Assembly: GCA_964384205.1 (NCBI GenBank)
Contig: CAYLKS010000005.1
Location: 3,567 to 67,566, forward strand
Length of the DNA: 64,000 bases
Reading direction: 5' to 3'
Origin: an uncultured bacterium
Lineage (GTDB): Bacteria > JAGOEH01 > CAYLKS01
Below, piece by piece: positions 1-9,959 of this stretch. Positions within the stretch are counted from its first letter, which is position 1, and each line of letters opens with the position of its first letter. The notes beneath the pieces were generated by a model, which had not been told where the DNA came from, made no database searches, and was given only the letters and a program-made list of their open reading frames with translations. The position numbers were made by a program, and so were the translations under genes.

Positions 1-1446
1 GCAAGAATTTTTTCTAAAGCACTCAACTGCATAAACGGCCCTACTGTAACACCTTGCAATAAATGTGATAGCTGTACTCAAATTAACGAAGGCAGATCTT
101 TTGATGTATTAGAAATCGATGGCGCATCTAACAGAGGTATAGACGAAATAAGAGCTCTTAAAGAAAATATAAATTATTCACCAAGCTCTGGCAAATATAA
201 AATATATATTATCGATGAAGTTCATATGCTAACTGAACAAGCATTCAATGCTCTTTTGAAAACATTAGAAGAACCTCCACCTCAAGTTATTTTTATATTG
301 GCTACTACTGAACCAAATAAAATACCAATTACTATTCTTTCACGATGTCAGAGATATGACTTCAAAAGAGTCTCAATAAATGAAATATCTCAGCAATTAA
401 AAAATATTGCTAATAATGAAAATATTAATATTGACGATGCTTCTATAAAACTAATTGCAAGAGCAGCAGACGGCAGTGTAAGAGATGCTGAATCTATTTT
501 CGATCAAGTTATATCTTTTTGCAACAATAATGTAAAAGCAAGTGATGTGGAAGAAATTCTCGGCATTACCGGGAATCATTTCTTTGTAAAACTATTCTCA
601 CTATATTTTGAAAATAATCTTTACGAAGCACTAAAAACAATTGATGAATACTTATATTCTGGCAAAGATATTAAAGAATTTTTAAACGGGTTCTCATTAT
701 TTTTAAGAAATTTAATTATTTTAAAACTAAATGAAACTCCAGATAATATTTTTGGCATAGCAGAAGACGAAAAAGATGAAATAATAAATATCGCTAAAAA
801 TTTCTCTTTTATCGACCTATTCAGAATCATGAATATCTTTTCTAAATATGAAAAAATAATCCGTTATTCTCCAAATAGTTTAATACAACTGGAAATGTTC
901 ATAATAAAATTATTTACTATAAACAAACTTGAAGATATAGAAAATATTATTCTAAAATTAAATAATTACCAGGATCAATATACACCAACTCAAGAAAACA
1001 AAAAAAAAACATTTGAGATAAAGAATATTAACAATCAAAATAAATTTTGGCCCGAAATATTAGATATAATAAAGAAAAAAGATGCTGTTTTATATGCCCA
1101 TATGCAAGAAAGCATAATAACTGATTTTACCAATAATAAATTAAAAATTAAAATCCCTTATGCTAATGAAAGAACAAAAAAAATTATTGAAAAAAATAAA
1201 TTTATAATAAATGAAACTCTATCTTCATATCTAAATGAAAAAATCGCAATAGAAATAGAATATGATATAATAGATCACAATGAAATCTTGGAAAAAATAG
1301 AACAAGATAAGAAAAAAATAGCAATGTTAAGTCAAAATGATGGAAATAATTTGCATAAAATTTATAAAGAATATCCTATAATACAATATGCTGTCGAAAA
1401 ATTTAACGGATATTTAATAAAAAATAACTCAAAAAAAGAGAGGTAA
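1..1446 (+). CDS. dnaX: DNA polymerase III subunit gamma/tau (5' end lies outside the window)
   Basis: Frame 1 is open from base 1 (ARIFSKALNCINGPTVTPCNKCDSCTQ...IYIIDEVHMLTEQAFNALLKTLEEPPP...ILATTEPNKIPITILSRCQRYDF), giving the clamp-loader AAA+ box and sensor motifs. It sits in the conserved dnaX-ybaB-recR arrangement. The ORF-track Met at 226 is internal. Confidence 0.9.
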   Translation, partial: ARIFSKALNCINGPTVTPCNKCDSCTQINEGRSFDVLEIDGASNRGIDEIRALKENINYSPSSGKYKIYIIDEVHMLTEQAFNALLKTLEEPPPQVIFILATTEPNKIPITILSRCQRYDFKRVSINEISQQLKNIANNENINIDDASIKLIARAADGSVRDAESIFDQVISFCNNNVKASDVEEILGITGNHFFVKLFSLYFENNLYEALKTIDEYLYSGKDIKEFLNGFSLFLRNLIILKLNETPDNIFGIAEDEKDEIINIAKNFSFIDLFRIMNIFSKYEKIIRYSPNSLIQLEMFIIKLFTINKLEDIENIILKLNNYQDQYTPTQENKKKTFEIKNINNQNKFWPEILDIIKKKDAVLYAHMQESIITDFTNNKLKIKIPYANERTKKIIEKNKFIINETLSSYLNEKIAIEIEYDIIDHNEILEKIEQDKKKIAMLSQNDGNNLHKIYKEYPIIQYAVEKFNGYLIKNNSKKER

Positions 1447-1449
1447 TAT

Positions 1450-1761
1450 ATGTCTAAAAAATTAAATTCTCTTCTAAAAGAAGCTAAAAAAATGCAAAAA
1501 ATGATGGCAGAAATGCAAGAGCAATTAGCAAAACAAACATTCGAAGGACAGGCTGGCGGCGGAGTTGTAAAAGCTAAAGTTAATGGAGAAAAAAAATTAT
1601 TAGAAATAAAAATATCGCCCGATGTGGTAGATCCGGATGATGTAGAAATGCTGGAAGATTTAATTTTATCTGCTATCAATCAAGCAATGGATGAAGCAGA
1701 AAAAGCAAGTAATAACCAATTGTCAGGATTAACAGGTAACCTAAAAATTCCTGGTTTCTAA
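1450..1761 (+). CDS. ybaB: YbaB/EbfC nucleoid-associated protein
   Basis: 103 aa, with QKMMAEMQEQLAKQTFEGQAGGGVVKAKVNG typical of the YbaB family. It lies between dnaX and recR. Confidence 0.9.
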   Translation: MSKKLNSLLKEAKKMQKMMAEMQEQLAKQTFEGQAGGGVVKAKVNGEKKLLEIKISPDVVDPDDVEMLEDLILSAINQAMDEAEKASNNQLSGLTGNLKIPGF

Positions 1762-1783
1762 TAAAAAGGTTTTTAGTAAAAAA

Positions 1784-2392
1784 ATGAAAATTCCAGAATC
1801 TATTGAATCAATTATAAATGAATTTATTAAATTTCCAGGTATCGGACATAAAACTGCCGAAAGGTTAGCTTTTTATCTAATTTTTCAGCCAGAAGAATTT
1901 ACCACTGAATTTATAAAAAATATAGAATTCTATAGAAAACAAATAAAATATTGTTCAATATGTGGCAATATAGATGACACAGACCCATGCAGTATATGTA
2001 GTTCAAACCATAGAGATAATTATACAATCTGTGTGGTAGAAACGCCCAGAGATCTTTTTGCAATAGAAAATGCCAATATATATAATGGGCTATATCATGT
2101 ACTTGGTGGCGCTATCTCACCTATTGATGGTATAACGCCTGAAAAATTAAATTTTGATAAATTATTAAAAAGAATAAAACCTCCTGTAAACGAAATTATA
2201 ATTGCCACAAATTCAAATATCCCTGGGGAAATGACTGCTCTTTATATAAAAAAACTACTGGCAGAATACGATATAAAAATTACACGAATTGCTAAAGGAA
2301 TCCCCTTTGGCTCTGATCTTGAATACTCAGATAAAATAACAATTTCTAATGCTTTTACAGGAAGAACAGAAATAAAAAATGAACCTTCCTAA
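1784..2392 (+). CDS. recR: recombination protein RecR
   Basis: 202 aa with a helix-hairpin-helix, a C4 zinc finger (CSICGNIDDTDPCSICSS) and a Toprim region. Conserved synteny. Confidence 0.92.
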   Translation: MKIPESIESIINEFIKFPGIGHKTAERLAFYLIFQPEEFTTEFIKNIEFYRKQIKYCSICGNIDDTDPCSICSSNHRDNYTICVVETPRDLFAIENANIYNGLYHVLGGAISPIDGITPEKLNFDKLLKRIKPPVNEIIIATNSNIPGEMTALYIKKLLAEYDIKITRIAKGIPFGSDLEYSDKITISNAFTGRTEIKNEPS

Positions 2393-2945
2393 TAGAATCA
2401 CCTTTTCAAGAATTATTCTATCTGCTATATTTTTAATATTCTTTAACATTGAAAATTATATTTCTTTATTAATAGCATTCTTTATATTTATAATTGCTAT
2501 ATTTACAGATTTATACGATGGCTATATTGCAAGAAAAACAGGCATTATAACAGGATTTGGAAAATTTTTTGATCCACTCGCAGATAAAATTTTAATAACA
2601 GTTGTATTCTTAAGTTTAATCGAAAAAAATATATTACCCTCATGGTTTGTGGCATTGGTTCTCATAAGAGAATTCCTAATCACTGGACTACGAACTATTG
2701 CTGCTTATAAAGGTATATCAATAGCTGCTTCAAAAATTGCAAAAACAAAAACATTTTTTCAATTCACATTGTGTTTTATAGGAATAATAAAACACATAAA
2801 TTCGTTTATCAAAATAAATTTCCTTGATACTATATTCAGCAAAACTTTTATATTCTATTTCACTATTATTGTAATAATTTTCACCTATCTATCTGCTTAT
2901 GACTATATAGTAAAATCTAAAAAAATATTAGAAGGAGATTTCTAA
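2379..2945 (+). CDS. pgsA: CDP-diacylglycerol--glycerol-3-phosphate 3-phosphatidyltransferase (CDP-alcohol phosphatidyltransferase)
   Basis: Carries the CDP-OH phosphatidyltransferase motif DLYDGYIARKTG...GKFFDPLADK and is a multi-TM protein. It is immediately followed by pgpA. Confidence 0.8.
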   Translation: MNLPNRITFSRIILSAIFLIFFNIENYISLLIAFFIFIIAIFTDLYDGYIARKTGIITGFGKFFDPLADKILITVVFLSLIEKNILPSWFVALVLIREFLITGLRTIAAYKGISIAASKIAKTKTFFQFTLCFIGIIKHINSFIKINFLDTIFSKTFIFYFTIIVIIFTYLSAYDYIVKSKKILEGDF

Positions 2946-3403
2946 TGAAATTGATTGATAAAATCTCAATTTTATTATCAACAGGATTATTTTCTGGATA
3001 TTTCCCTCTCTTTCCAGGAACATTTGCCAGCTTCCTAACATGCATTGCTTTATACTACATATTGCCAGTAAGTACAGACGAGTACTTTCTTTATCTATTA
3101 ATACTCTTTTTTGTAGGGGTCTATACATCTACAGTAGCAGAAAAAACACTGGGACATGATGCAAAAAAAATAGTTATTGATGAAATATTTGGTATGTCTG
3201 TAGCGATTTTATATGTACCCATCACATTAACTAATTTAATTATTGCTTTTATTCTATTTAGACTATTTGATATTTTCAAACCATTCCCTATTAATGCAAG
3301 CCAAAAACTAAAGCAAGGCTGGGGAGTTATGGTTGATGATTTAATTGCAGGAATATACGCAATGGCAATTTTAAATGCTTATATTTTATTTTTTACAAAA
3401 TAA
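2945..3403 (+). CDS. pgpA: phosphatidylglycerophosphatase A
   Basis: 152-aa membrane protein with the PgpA-like MVDDLIAGIYA motif. Its start overlaps the pgsA stop (ATGA). Confidence 0.8.
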   Translation: MKLIDKISILLSTGLFSGYFPLFPGTFASFLTCIALYYILPVSTDEYFLYLLILFFVGVYTSTVAEKTLGHDAKKIVIDEIFGMSVAILYVPITLTNLIIAFILFRLFDIFKPFPINASQKLKQGWGVMVDDLIAGIYAMAILNAYILFFTK

Positions 3404-3404
3404 G

Positions 3405-4010
3405 TTAAACTAATACTCCTTTAGTGCTTAATATATTATCTCCCAATGTAGCATCATAAGAAACAGCATATTTAAAAGATTTTCCAAGTGATTTAAAAAC
3501 TGCTTCTATTTTATGATGATCAGAATAACCATAAAATTCTTTTATATGTAAATTCATTTTAGCTTCTTGCCCAAAAGCATAAAAAAAATCATAAAATAAA
3601 TCAACAGAGACATCCCCTATCTTAGGATATTGAAATTTTAAATCATATACTAATTTAAATCTTCCAGATAAATCTATTGCTGTTAAAACCAAACTATCAT
3701 CCATCGGAAATACAAAAAAACCTGCTCTATTTATTCCTTTTTTATCACCTAAAGCTTCATAAATTGCTCTGCCCAATACTATTGCAGTATCCTCTATTGT
3801 ATGATGATAATCAACATGTAAATCACCAGATATATCCAATTTTATATCAAAATTAGAATATCTTGCAAAAGTTTCCAGCATATGTTTCAAAAAACCGATT
3901 TCACATTTTATATCATAATTTCCTTTACCATCAAGATTTATTTTAGCATAAATATCTGTTTCTTTTGTTGTTCTATGAACAATGCCTATTCTATCTTCTC
4001 CCATATTCAA
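3405..4010 (-). CDS. hisB: imidazoleglycerol-phosphate dehydratase (monofunctional, no histidinol-phosphatase domain)
   Basis: 201 aa with RIGIVHRTTKETDI and His-rich motifs (HVDYHHTIEDTAI, YGYSDHHKIEA) characteristic of IGPD. Confidence 0.9.
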   Translation of the reverse strand: MNMGEDRIGIVHRTTKETDIYAKINLDGKGNYDIKCEIGFLKHMLETFARYSNFDIKLDISGDLHVDYHHTIEDTAIVLGRAIYEALGDKKGINRAGFFVFPMDDSLVLTAIDLSGRFKLVYDLKFQYPKIGDVSVDLFYDFFYAFGQEAKMNLHIKEFYGYSDHHKIEAVFKSLGKSFKYAVSYDATLGDNILSTKGVLV

Positions 4011-5049
4011 ATACCCCCTTTATAATGTCAACAACTTTTTGGTTAATTTCATGAGTTGAAATAGTTATTCTAAGATAATTTTTAAATAAGCAATCATAAT
4101 TAATCTTTTTAATCAAGATACTATTTTTATAAAATTCTTTCATAATAACATCAGAAAACTTGCTCGACTTTAAAAGGATAAAATTTGCATCAGAAATTAC
4201 AACACCATAATCTTTTAATTTTTGCATAAAAAATTCTTTTTCTTTATTAACATAATCTTTAATATATTTTATATGCTCAGTATCCTCTAATGAAATAATT
4301 GCCGCATTTACAGCAATGGAATTTAAAGCATAAGGCAAATTTATCTTACTTAAATTTTGAATATTATTTTTATCAGAAAAAGTAAAACCTATTCTTAATC
4401 CTGCTAAAGCATGTAATTTTGATAAAGTATAAACAACAAATACATTATTATAATCCTTTATCAAAGGAACAAAACTATCACCTGCAAAATCAATATAAGT
4501 CTCATCAATAATCACTACACTATCAGAAGCAAACTCAATAATTTTTCTAATAAACTTTTCAGATAAATAAAAACCAATTGGATTCGGAGGATTAGCAATT
4601 GCAATTATAGAAGGCTTATAATGTTTTATTGCCTCAAAAAATGCGTTCTCTGGAAAAGAAAAGTCTTGATTATATTCAATCGTAACAGTTTTCATACCAA
4701 TAATATCAGCAAAAATCTTATACATGGAATATGTCGGAAATAAAGTCAGCAAAATTTCATTTTCTTTTCCATAAGTAGCAAAAATTATCCTTAAAGAATC
4801 ATCAGCTCCATTAGAAAAAATTACATTATCTTTTGAAATACCATACTTTTTACAAACAACATCATATAACAAATCATAATCCGCATACATGGAAAGAGCA
4901 TCATAAGAACAGCTTTTCAAAAATTCCAATATTCGTGGAGAACAACCTATATTATTTTCATTTAAATCAAGCCTTATAAAATCTCTTCTTTTAATATCAG
5001 GAACAAAATAAGGAACGACTTTTTCCAAAGTTTCTCTTGGCTTTATCAT
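3991..5049 (-). CDS. hisC: histidinol-phosphate aminotransferase
   Basis: 352-aa class-II aminotransferase (YTLSKLHALAGLRIGF PLP-lysine region) within the his cluster. Confidence 0.85.
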   Translation of the reverse strand: MIKPRETLEKVVPYFVPDIKRRDFIRLDLNENNIGCSPRILEFLKSCSYDALSMYADYDLLYDVVCKKYGISKDNVIFSNGADDSLRIIFATYGKENEILLTLFPTYSMYKIFADIIGMKTVTIEYNQDFSFPENAFFEAIKHYKPSIIAIANPPNPIGFYLSEKFIRKIIEFASDSVVIIDETYIDFAGDSFVPLIKDYNNVFVVYTLSKLHALAGLRIGFTFSDKNNIQNLSKINLPYALNSIAVNAAIISLEDTEHIKYIKDYVNKEKEFFMQKLKDYGVVISDANFILLKSSKFSDVIMKEFYKNSILIKKINYDCLFKNYLRITISTHEINQKVVDIIKGVFEYGRR

Positions 5050-5900
5050 ATAATAACCTTTTTTAACTCATATTCTAATATATCTGTTGCTCCCAATTTT
5101 TTAAGTTTTGGAATTATTTTTCTAACTTCTGTTTTCAAAACAGCTGTTTTAACAGCATACCCCTGCTCTCCAAACAAAGGAGAAACAGTCGGTGCCCTCA
5201 TACATGGTAAAAAATCCACAATTGTATCTAATTTATCTTTAGGAACGTTCATTTCAAGCATAACTCGTTTCCTGGCATCTAAAATAGATTTAAAAATCAT
5301 CTCTAACTCTTCAATATGTTCTCTTTTTTCTTTATTTTCTAATGATTCTTTGTTTGCTATCAAATAAGTTGATGACTCCATTATAACATCTACAATTTCC
5401 AAATTATGCTCTCTTAAAGTGCTACCTGTGGAAGTATTATCAATAATCATATCAGCATCATCTGGAGGAAAAACCTCTGTTGCCCCAAAAGTTCTCAAAA
5501 AAACATAATTCATTTTTTTACTATTAAGATATTTTTTTGAAATATTTTCATATTCTGAAGCAACTACTATTTTTTTATTATATAATTCCTCCTCCGGCAA
5601 TTCTTTAGGTTTTGCTGAAACAATCTTTACAGGATCAAAACCAAGATCCATCAACTTTACAACATCAGCCCCTGTTTCTTCTATCCAATCAAGCCCTGTA
5701 AATCCAACATCATGAGAACCATATTCTACAAGTTTCGCAATATTTTGCGGTTTCAATATTTTAATTTCAAGCTGCATATCATTAACTATAGGCCTATAAG
5801 ACCTCGCAGATTTTTTTATATAAATTCCACTTTCAGATAATAAATCAACAACCTTTTCAAAAATCCGACCTTTAGGTACAGCCATTCTTATTTTCAACAT
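5046..5900 (-). CDS. hisG: ATP phosphoribosyltransferase (long form)
   Basis: 284 aa starting MLKIRMAVPKGRIFEKVVDLL with a HisG C-terminal regulatory domain. Overlaps hisD by 4 nt. Confidence 0.9.
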   Translation of the reverse strand: MLKIRMAVPKGRIFEKVVDLLSESGIYIKKSARSYRPIVNDMQLEIKILKPQNIAKLVEYGSHDVGFTGLDWIEETGADVVKLMDLGFDPVKIVSAKPKELPEEELYNKKIVVASEYENISKKYLNSKKMNYVFLRTFGATEVFPPDDADMIIDNTSTGSTLREHNLEIVDVIMESSTYLIANKESLENKEKREHIEELEMIFKSILDARKRVMLEMNVPKDKLDTIVDFLPCMRAPTVSPLFGEQGYAVKTAVLKTEVRKIIPKLKKLGATDILEYELKKVII

Positions 5901-5902
5901 AG

Positions 5903-7177
5903 CTAACTCCTCTTTAATAAATGTTCTAATCTAATATCTGCTGCTAATTTATGACCTTTTAAGCCTTCATTCTCAGCCAATATAGATGCTACTTTATATA
6001 AATCAACATTAAATTTATTACTATCTGTAGTTATCTGGGTGACAATCTTAACAAAATCTTTGACACTTAAACCACCTGTAAACTTCGCAACACCATTAGT
6101 AGGCAACGTATGATTTATCCCTGCTGAATAATCTCCTAAAATTTCTGCTGAATACTCTCCAATAAACAAGGAACCATAATTATACAATTTATCTTGCAAT
6201 TTGTTCGGATATCTAACATGAAGTTCCAGGTGTTCTGGTGCTTTTCTATTTGCAATATCCACAGCATCATTTAAATCATCTACAACAATAATAATACCAT
6301 TTTTTTCAATAGATATCCTTGCTATATCTGAAATCTTATATTCTTCTAAAAATTGATCGATACATTCAGATACTTCAACTGCCAATTTTTTATCATCAGT
6401 TACTAATATAGCTTCTGCTTCTTTATCATGCTCTGATTGTGCAATCATATCAGCAGCAATAAATTTAATATTAGCACTGCTATCAGCAATTATAAACACT
6501 TCAGAAGGACCAGCAACAAAATCTATTCCACAAATACCATATACCTGCTTTTTCGCATATGCAACATATTTATTACCCGGCCCCACTATTTTATTAACAC
6601 TGGGAATGCTCTGCGTACCATAAGCCATAGCACCTATTGCCTGCACACCCCCTATCTGAAATATATCTTCAATACCTAATCTATATGCCGCATATAAAAT
6701 TTCCTTGCTTATTTCTGGTGGACTGCAAACAATAATATTTTTTACACCTGCTACCTTTGCAGGAACAACCCCCATAAGCAAACTTGATACAAGAGGGAAA
6801 TTCCCCCCAGGCACATAAACACCTACACTTTCCAGCGGAATAATCCTTTGAGTAAGCTTAACACCATCTCTAACTTCTATTTCAAAATTCTTCAAATTAG
6901 CCAACTGTTCTTTTGCAAAAATAGTCAAATTCTCTACTGCATAATCTATAGCAAATTTTAAATCATTTGAAATAAATTTTTCAGCATCTACACGTTTATC
7001 ATTCGATATTTTAAAATCATCTATATCAACTTTATCAAATTTTTTTGTATAAAACCTGACAGCCGCATCACCTTGATTTTTTATATCTTCTAAAATTTGC
7101 TCAACAACTTCTAATTTTTGTAGTTCTCTAACAGTAAAAAAATCTTCATTTATATCACTATAAGAAATAATTTTCAT
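5903..7177 (-). CDS. hisD: histidinol dehydrogenase
   Basis: 424 aa with HisD signatures (AGPSEV, SEHD, GDY..G.NHTLPT). Confidence 0.92.
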   Translation of the reverse strand: MKIISYSDINEDFFTVRELQKLEVVEQILEDIKNQGDAAVRFYTKKFDKVDIDDFKISNDKRVDAEKFISNDLKFAIDYAVENLTIFAKEQLANLKNFEIEVRDGVKLTQRIIPLESVGVYVPGGNFPLVSSLLMGVVPAKVAGVKNIIVCSPPEISKEILYAAYRLGIEDIFQIGGVQAIGAMAYGTQSIPSVNKIVGPGNKYVAYAKKQVYGICGIDFVAGPSEVFIIADSSANIKFIAADMIAQSEHDKEAEAILVTDDKKLAVEVSECIDQFLEEYKISDIARISIEKNGIIIVVDDLNDAVDIANRKAPEHLELHVRYPNKLQDKLYNYGSLFIGEYSAEILGDYSAGINHTLPTNGVAKFTGGLSVKDFVKIVTQITTDSNKFNVDLYKVASILAENEGLKGHKLAADIRLEHLLKRS

Positions 7178-8418
7178 TTGAATCTCCGCCTATAAAGTTC
7201 TTTTAATACATCATCAAAAGAGATTCTCTCTTTTACCATTAAAACTGTTGTAAAATATATTAAATCAGCAACTTCCCATACTTTTTCTTCATAGTTCTGA
7301 GCTTCTACAACCTCATAGGCTTCCTCCATTAATTTTTTTCGGACCTTTCTATCATCCAATGAAGCAGTGTATGAACCAGGTACAGGATTTCTAAATCTAT
7401 CCTCAATAATTTCGTATAAATCTAACAATGAAAAATCTTTATAACCAAAACATGAATAATTACCAGTATGACATGCAGGACCATGAGGTTTAACTTTTAC
7501 AAGCAAAGCATCATAATCACAATCTGCTCTAAGTGTTAACACATCTTGAATATTTCCAGATTCTTCCCCCTTCATCCATAATTTCTGCCTGGATCTGGAA
7601 TAAAACCAGGTTTTCTTAGTTTCAAACATTTTCCTTATAGATTCTCTACTACTATATGCCAAGGTCAAAACTCGTCCAGATTCATCTTGTGTAATTGTGG
7701 GAATCAATCCATTTTTAAATTGTAAAGAATTTATAAAAGCATCTTCTAATGTTATTAATCCCTTATATAATGCCATTCCCAGTTGAACATCTATATTCAA
7801 TTTTGCAAATTCTCGAATTTCATCAATAGTAGTTACACCGCCGGCATATACTACCTTTCTCTTTGTAATCTTTCTAATACTTTTTGCAGTATCAATATCA
7901 GCTCCTTTAAGCATTCCTTCTTTGATAACATTAGTAAATAAAAACTCAGTTGCAAAATCTTCTAATTGCTCAATTGCTTCAAAAGTATTAATTCCTGTGT
8001 CATGTTTCCAGCCAGAAGTAACAATTTTCCCATCTTTTGAATCAATTGCAATTATAATTTTATCAATCCCAATAGAATCCCTCAATTCTGCTAAAAAATC
8101 AAAATTTATTTTATCATTTTCAAAAGCTTTAGAGCCAATAATTATCTTCTTTGCTCCTAAAGCTAAATATTTTTTGGCAGTTTCTATATCTCTAATGCCA
8201 CCTCCTACTCTACAATCGGCAATCTTCAAAATCTGGCGGATCAAATCAAAATTATTACCATTTCCAAATGCTGCATTTAAATCAATTACAGCTATTTCAC
8301 CAAAAAAATTAAATTTTTTAGCAAGAGCTAAAACATTGGATTCTTCCAATATTTTTTCTTTCCCCTGTTCTAATTGAACAGCCTTACCATCTAATAAATC
8401 TATTGAACTAATCACCAT
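7174..8418 (-). CDS. hisA/hisIE: fused ProFAR isomerase HisA / phosphoribosyl-AMP cyclohydrolase HisI / phosphoribosyl-ATP pyrophosphatase HisE
   Basis: The N-terminal ~230 aa form a HisA TIM barrel ([11 protein letters not shown]...VGGGIRD). The middle is HisI ([19 protein letters not shown]...[14 protein letters not shown]). The C-terminus is HisE ([14 protein letters not shown]...[12 protein letters not shown]). Confidence 0.85.
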   Translation of the reverse strand: MVISSIDLLDGKAVQLEQGKEKILEESNVLALAKKFNFFGEIAVIDLNAAFGNGNNFDLIRQILKIADCRVGGGIRDIETAKKYLALGAKKIIIGSKAFENDKINFDFLAELRDSIGIDKIIIAIDSKDGKIVTSGWKHDTGINTFEAIEQLEDFATEFLFTNVIKEGMLKGADIDTAKSIRKITKRKVVYAGGVTTIDEIREFAKLNIDVQLGMALYKGLITLEDAFINSLQFKNGLIPTITQDESGRVLTLAYSSRESIRKMFETKKTWFYSRSRQKLWMKGEESGNIQDVLTLRADCDYDALLVKVKPHGPACHTGNYSCFGYKDFSLLDLYEIIEDRFRNPVPGSYTASLDDRKVRKKLMEEAYEVVEAQNYEEKVWEVADLIYFTTVLMVKERISFDDVLKELYRRRFK

Positions 8419-9167
8419 CTTACAATAACTCCATTTTTATTTAAATATTCCTTAATCTCTCTTATACTCAATTCTTTAAAATGTAATACAGATGCTAATA
8501 ATACAGCATCTGCTTTGCCCTCCTTTATGCCTTGCAAGATTTGTTCTAATGTCCCACCTCCACCAGAAGCAATCACTGGCACATTAACCGATTCTGATAT
8601 TATTGAAGTAAGTTCAAGATCGTATCCTTCTTTTGTACCATCCTGGTCAATAGAATTCAACAAAATTTCACCTGCTCCAAGTTCTGTTGCTCTTTTTGCC
8701 CATTCTATTGCATCAATATTAGTGTTTTCCCTGCCACCATAAGCATAGGCATACCATCTATCACCATGCTTTTTGGCATCTATTGATAAAACTATACATT
8801 GTGAACCAAAAATTTTCGCTCCCTCAGAAATTAAATCAGGATTTTTTAAAGCAGATGTGCACATAGAAACTTTATCTGCTCCTGCATTAAGTACCATTCT
8901 TATATCATCTACTGTCCTTATGCCCCCTCCAACTGTCAATGGTATAAAAACCTGAGAAGAAACCTTTTCAACAACATCTAACAAAATATTACGACTTTTA
9001 TATGACGCTCCTATATCCAAAAAAACAAGTTCATCTGCTCCCTCATCATTATAATATTTAGCTAATTCTTCCGGAGAACCAGCATCTTTTATATCCTTAA
9101 ATTTTAAGCCTTTAACAACTCTACCATTATCAATATCAAGACATGGTATTATTCTTTTAGCTAACAT
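8412..9167 (-). CDS. hisF: imidazole glycerol phosphate synthase cyclase subunit
   Basis: 251 aa, [20 protein letters not shown]...GADKVS...ASGGGG, a canonical HisF. Confidence 0.93.
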   Translation of the reverse strand: MLAKRIIPCLDIDNGRVVKGLKFKDIKDAGSPEELAKYYNDEGADELVFLDIGASYKSRNILLDVVEKVSSQVFIPLTVGGGIRTVDDIRMVLNAGADKVSMCTSALKNPDLISEGAKIFGSQCIVLSIDAKKHGDRWYAYAYGGRENTNIDAIEWAKRATELGAGEILLNSIDQDGTKEGYDLELTSIISESVNVPVIASGGGGTLEQILQGIKEGKADAVLLASVLHFKELSIREIKEYLNKNGVIVRW

Positions 9168-9760
9168 AACTTACTCCAATTTAATAAAAATTGTAATCCT
9201 TTTTTGCCACTTTTTTCAGGATGAAACTGCACAGCCACTATATTTCCTTTCTGGATGGCAGACGTATATGTTATATAATAATCTGTGATTGCTATTTCCA
9301 CCTCATCGTCAATATTATCAACATAATAACCATGCACAAAATAAAAAAAAGAATTGTTATCTATATTATAAAATAATTCATTTGTTGACTTTATACTAAT
9401 ACTATTCCAACCAATTTGCGGAATCTTACCTTTTTGAAATCTTTTTACATTTCCCCTTAAAAAACCAAAACCATCAACTCCCAAATTCTCTTCACTTTTC
9501 TCATACAACAACTGTAAGCCAAGACAAATACCTAAAAAAGGCATATCATTATTCAACCACTCAATAATCAAATCCCATAATTTAACACTTTGCAACCGAT
9601 CAACTGCACTTCCAAATGCTCCAACACCAGGCAACACCAGCTTATCAATATCTTTAAAATCCTCCTCTCCTGATATTATCTTATTTTCTAATGATAAATA
9701 ATCAAAAGCCTTCTTTACAGACAAAAGATTTCCTGCTCCATAATTTATTATCCCTATCAT
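9161..9760 (-). CDS. hisH: imidazole glycerol phosphate synthase glutamine amidotransferase subunit
   Basis: 199-aa class-I GATase (GICLGLQLL catalytic Cys, HPEKS). It is the first gene of the his operon. Confidence 0.9.
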   Translation of the reverse strand: MIGIINYGAGNLLSVKKAFDYLSLENKIISGEEDFKDIDKLVLPGVGAFGSAVDRLQSVKLWDLIIEWLNNDMPFLGICLGLQLLYEKSEENLGVDGFGFLRGNVKRFQKGKIPQIGWNSISIKSTNELFYNIDNNSFFYFVHGYYVDNIDDEVEIAITDYYITYTSAIQKGNIVAVQFHPEKSGKKGLQFLLNWSKLC

Positions 9761-9789
9761 AAATCATCCTTTTTTATAAAAAATATATC

Positions 9790-9818
9790 ATAATAAAATA
9801 CCTTCATTTAAAAGTCAA
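9790..9818 (-). promoter_or_regulatory. sigma70-like promoter for the his operon (TTGACT-17-TATTAT on the minus strand)
   Basis: The reverse complement of plus 9813-9818 is TTGACT. A 17-nt spacer follows, and the reverse complement of plus 9790-9795 is TATTAT, about 30 nt upstream of the hisH ATG. Confidence 0.45.
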
Positions 9819-9887
9819 TAGATATTTAAAAACTTTTTTTGTAAGAAAAATTGAATCCTCCATAAAAAAATATAACAAAAAAAATAC

Positions 9888-9946
9888 TTGACTTTAATCC
9901 TATAAAATACTATTATTTAAACAAACGTTTAAAACATTTGTTTAAA
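9888..9946 (+). promoter_or_regulatory. tetR-family gene promoter (TTGACT-17-TATTAT) with an overlapping inverted-repeat operator
   Basis: TTGACT at 9888-9893, a 17-nt spacer, and TATTAT at 9911-9916. A 10-bp inverted repeat TTTAAACAAA (9916-9925) / TTTGTTTAAA (9937-9946) spans the predicted transcription start and contains the palindrome AAACGTTT. Confidence 0.5.
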
Positions 9947-9959
9947 AAGGAGCTACAAA

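Noticed and set aside
621-830. Small antisense or out-of-frame ORFs nested inside larger genes (e.g. 621-830, 1362-1679, 6437-6679, 7922-8377, 8515-8742, 18156-18584, 23163-23507, 23747-24070, 25607-25807, 33043-33345, 48183-48452, 52632-53012, 61690-61875).
   Set aside because: Each lies entirely within a well-supported housekeeping gene on the other strand or in another frame. Their translations are low-complexity Ile/Phe/Leu/Ser strings typical of AT-rich antisense sequence, with no ribosome-binding site or domain signal.
9761-9959. Possible histidine attenuator leader peptide or T-box upstream of the his operon.
   Set aside because: The only short reading frame in the leader (starting MEDSIFL...) contains no histidine codons. 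There is no T-box specifier/antiterminator consensus. Only a promoter-like element was found.
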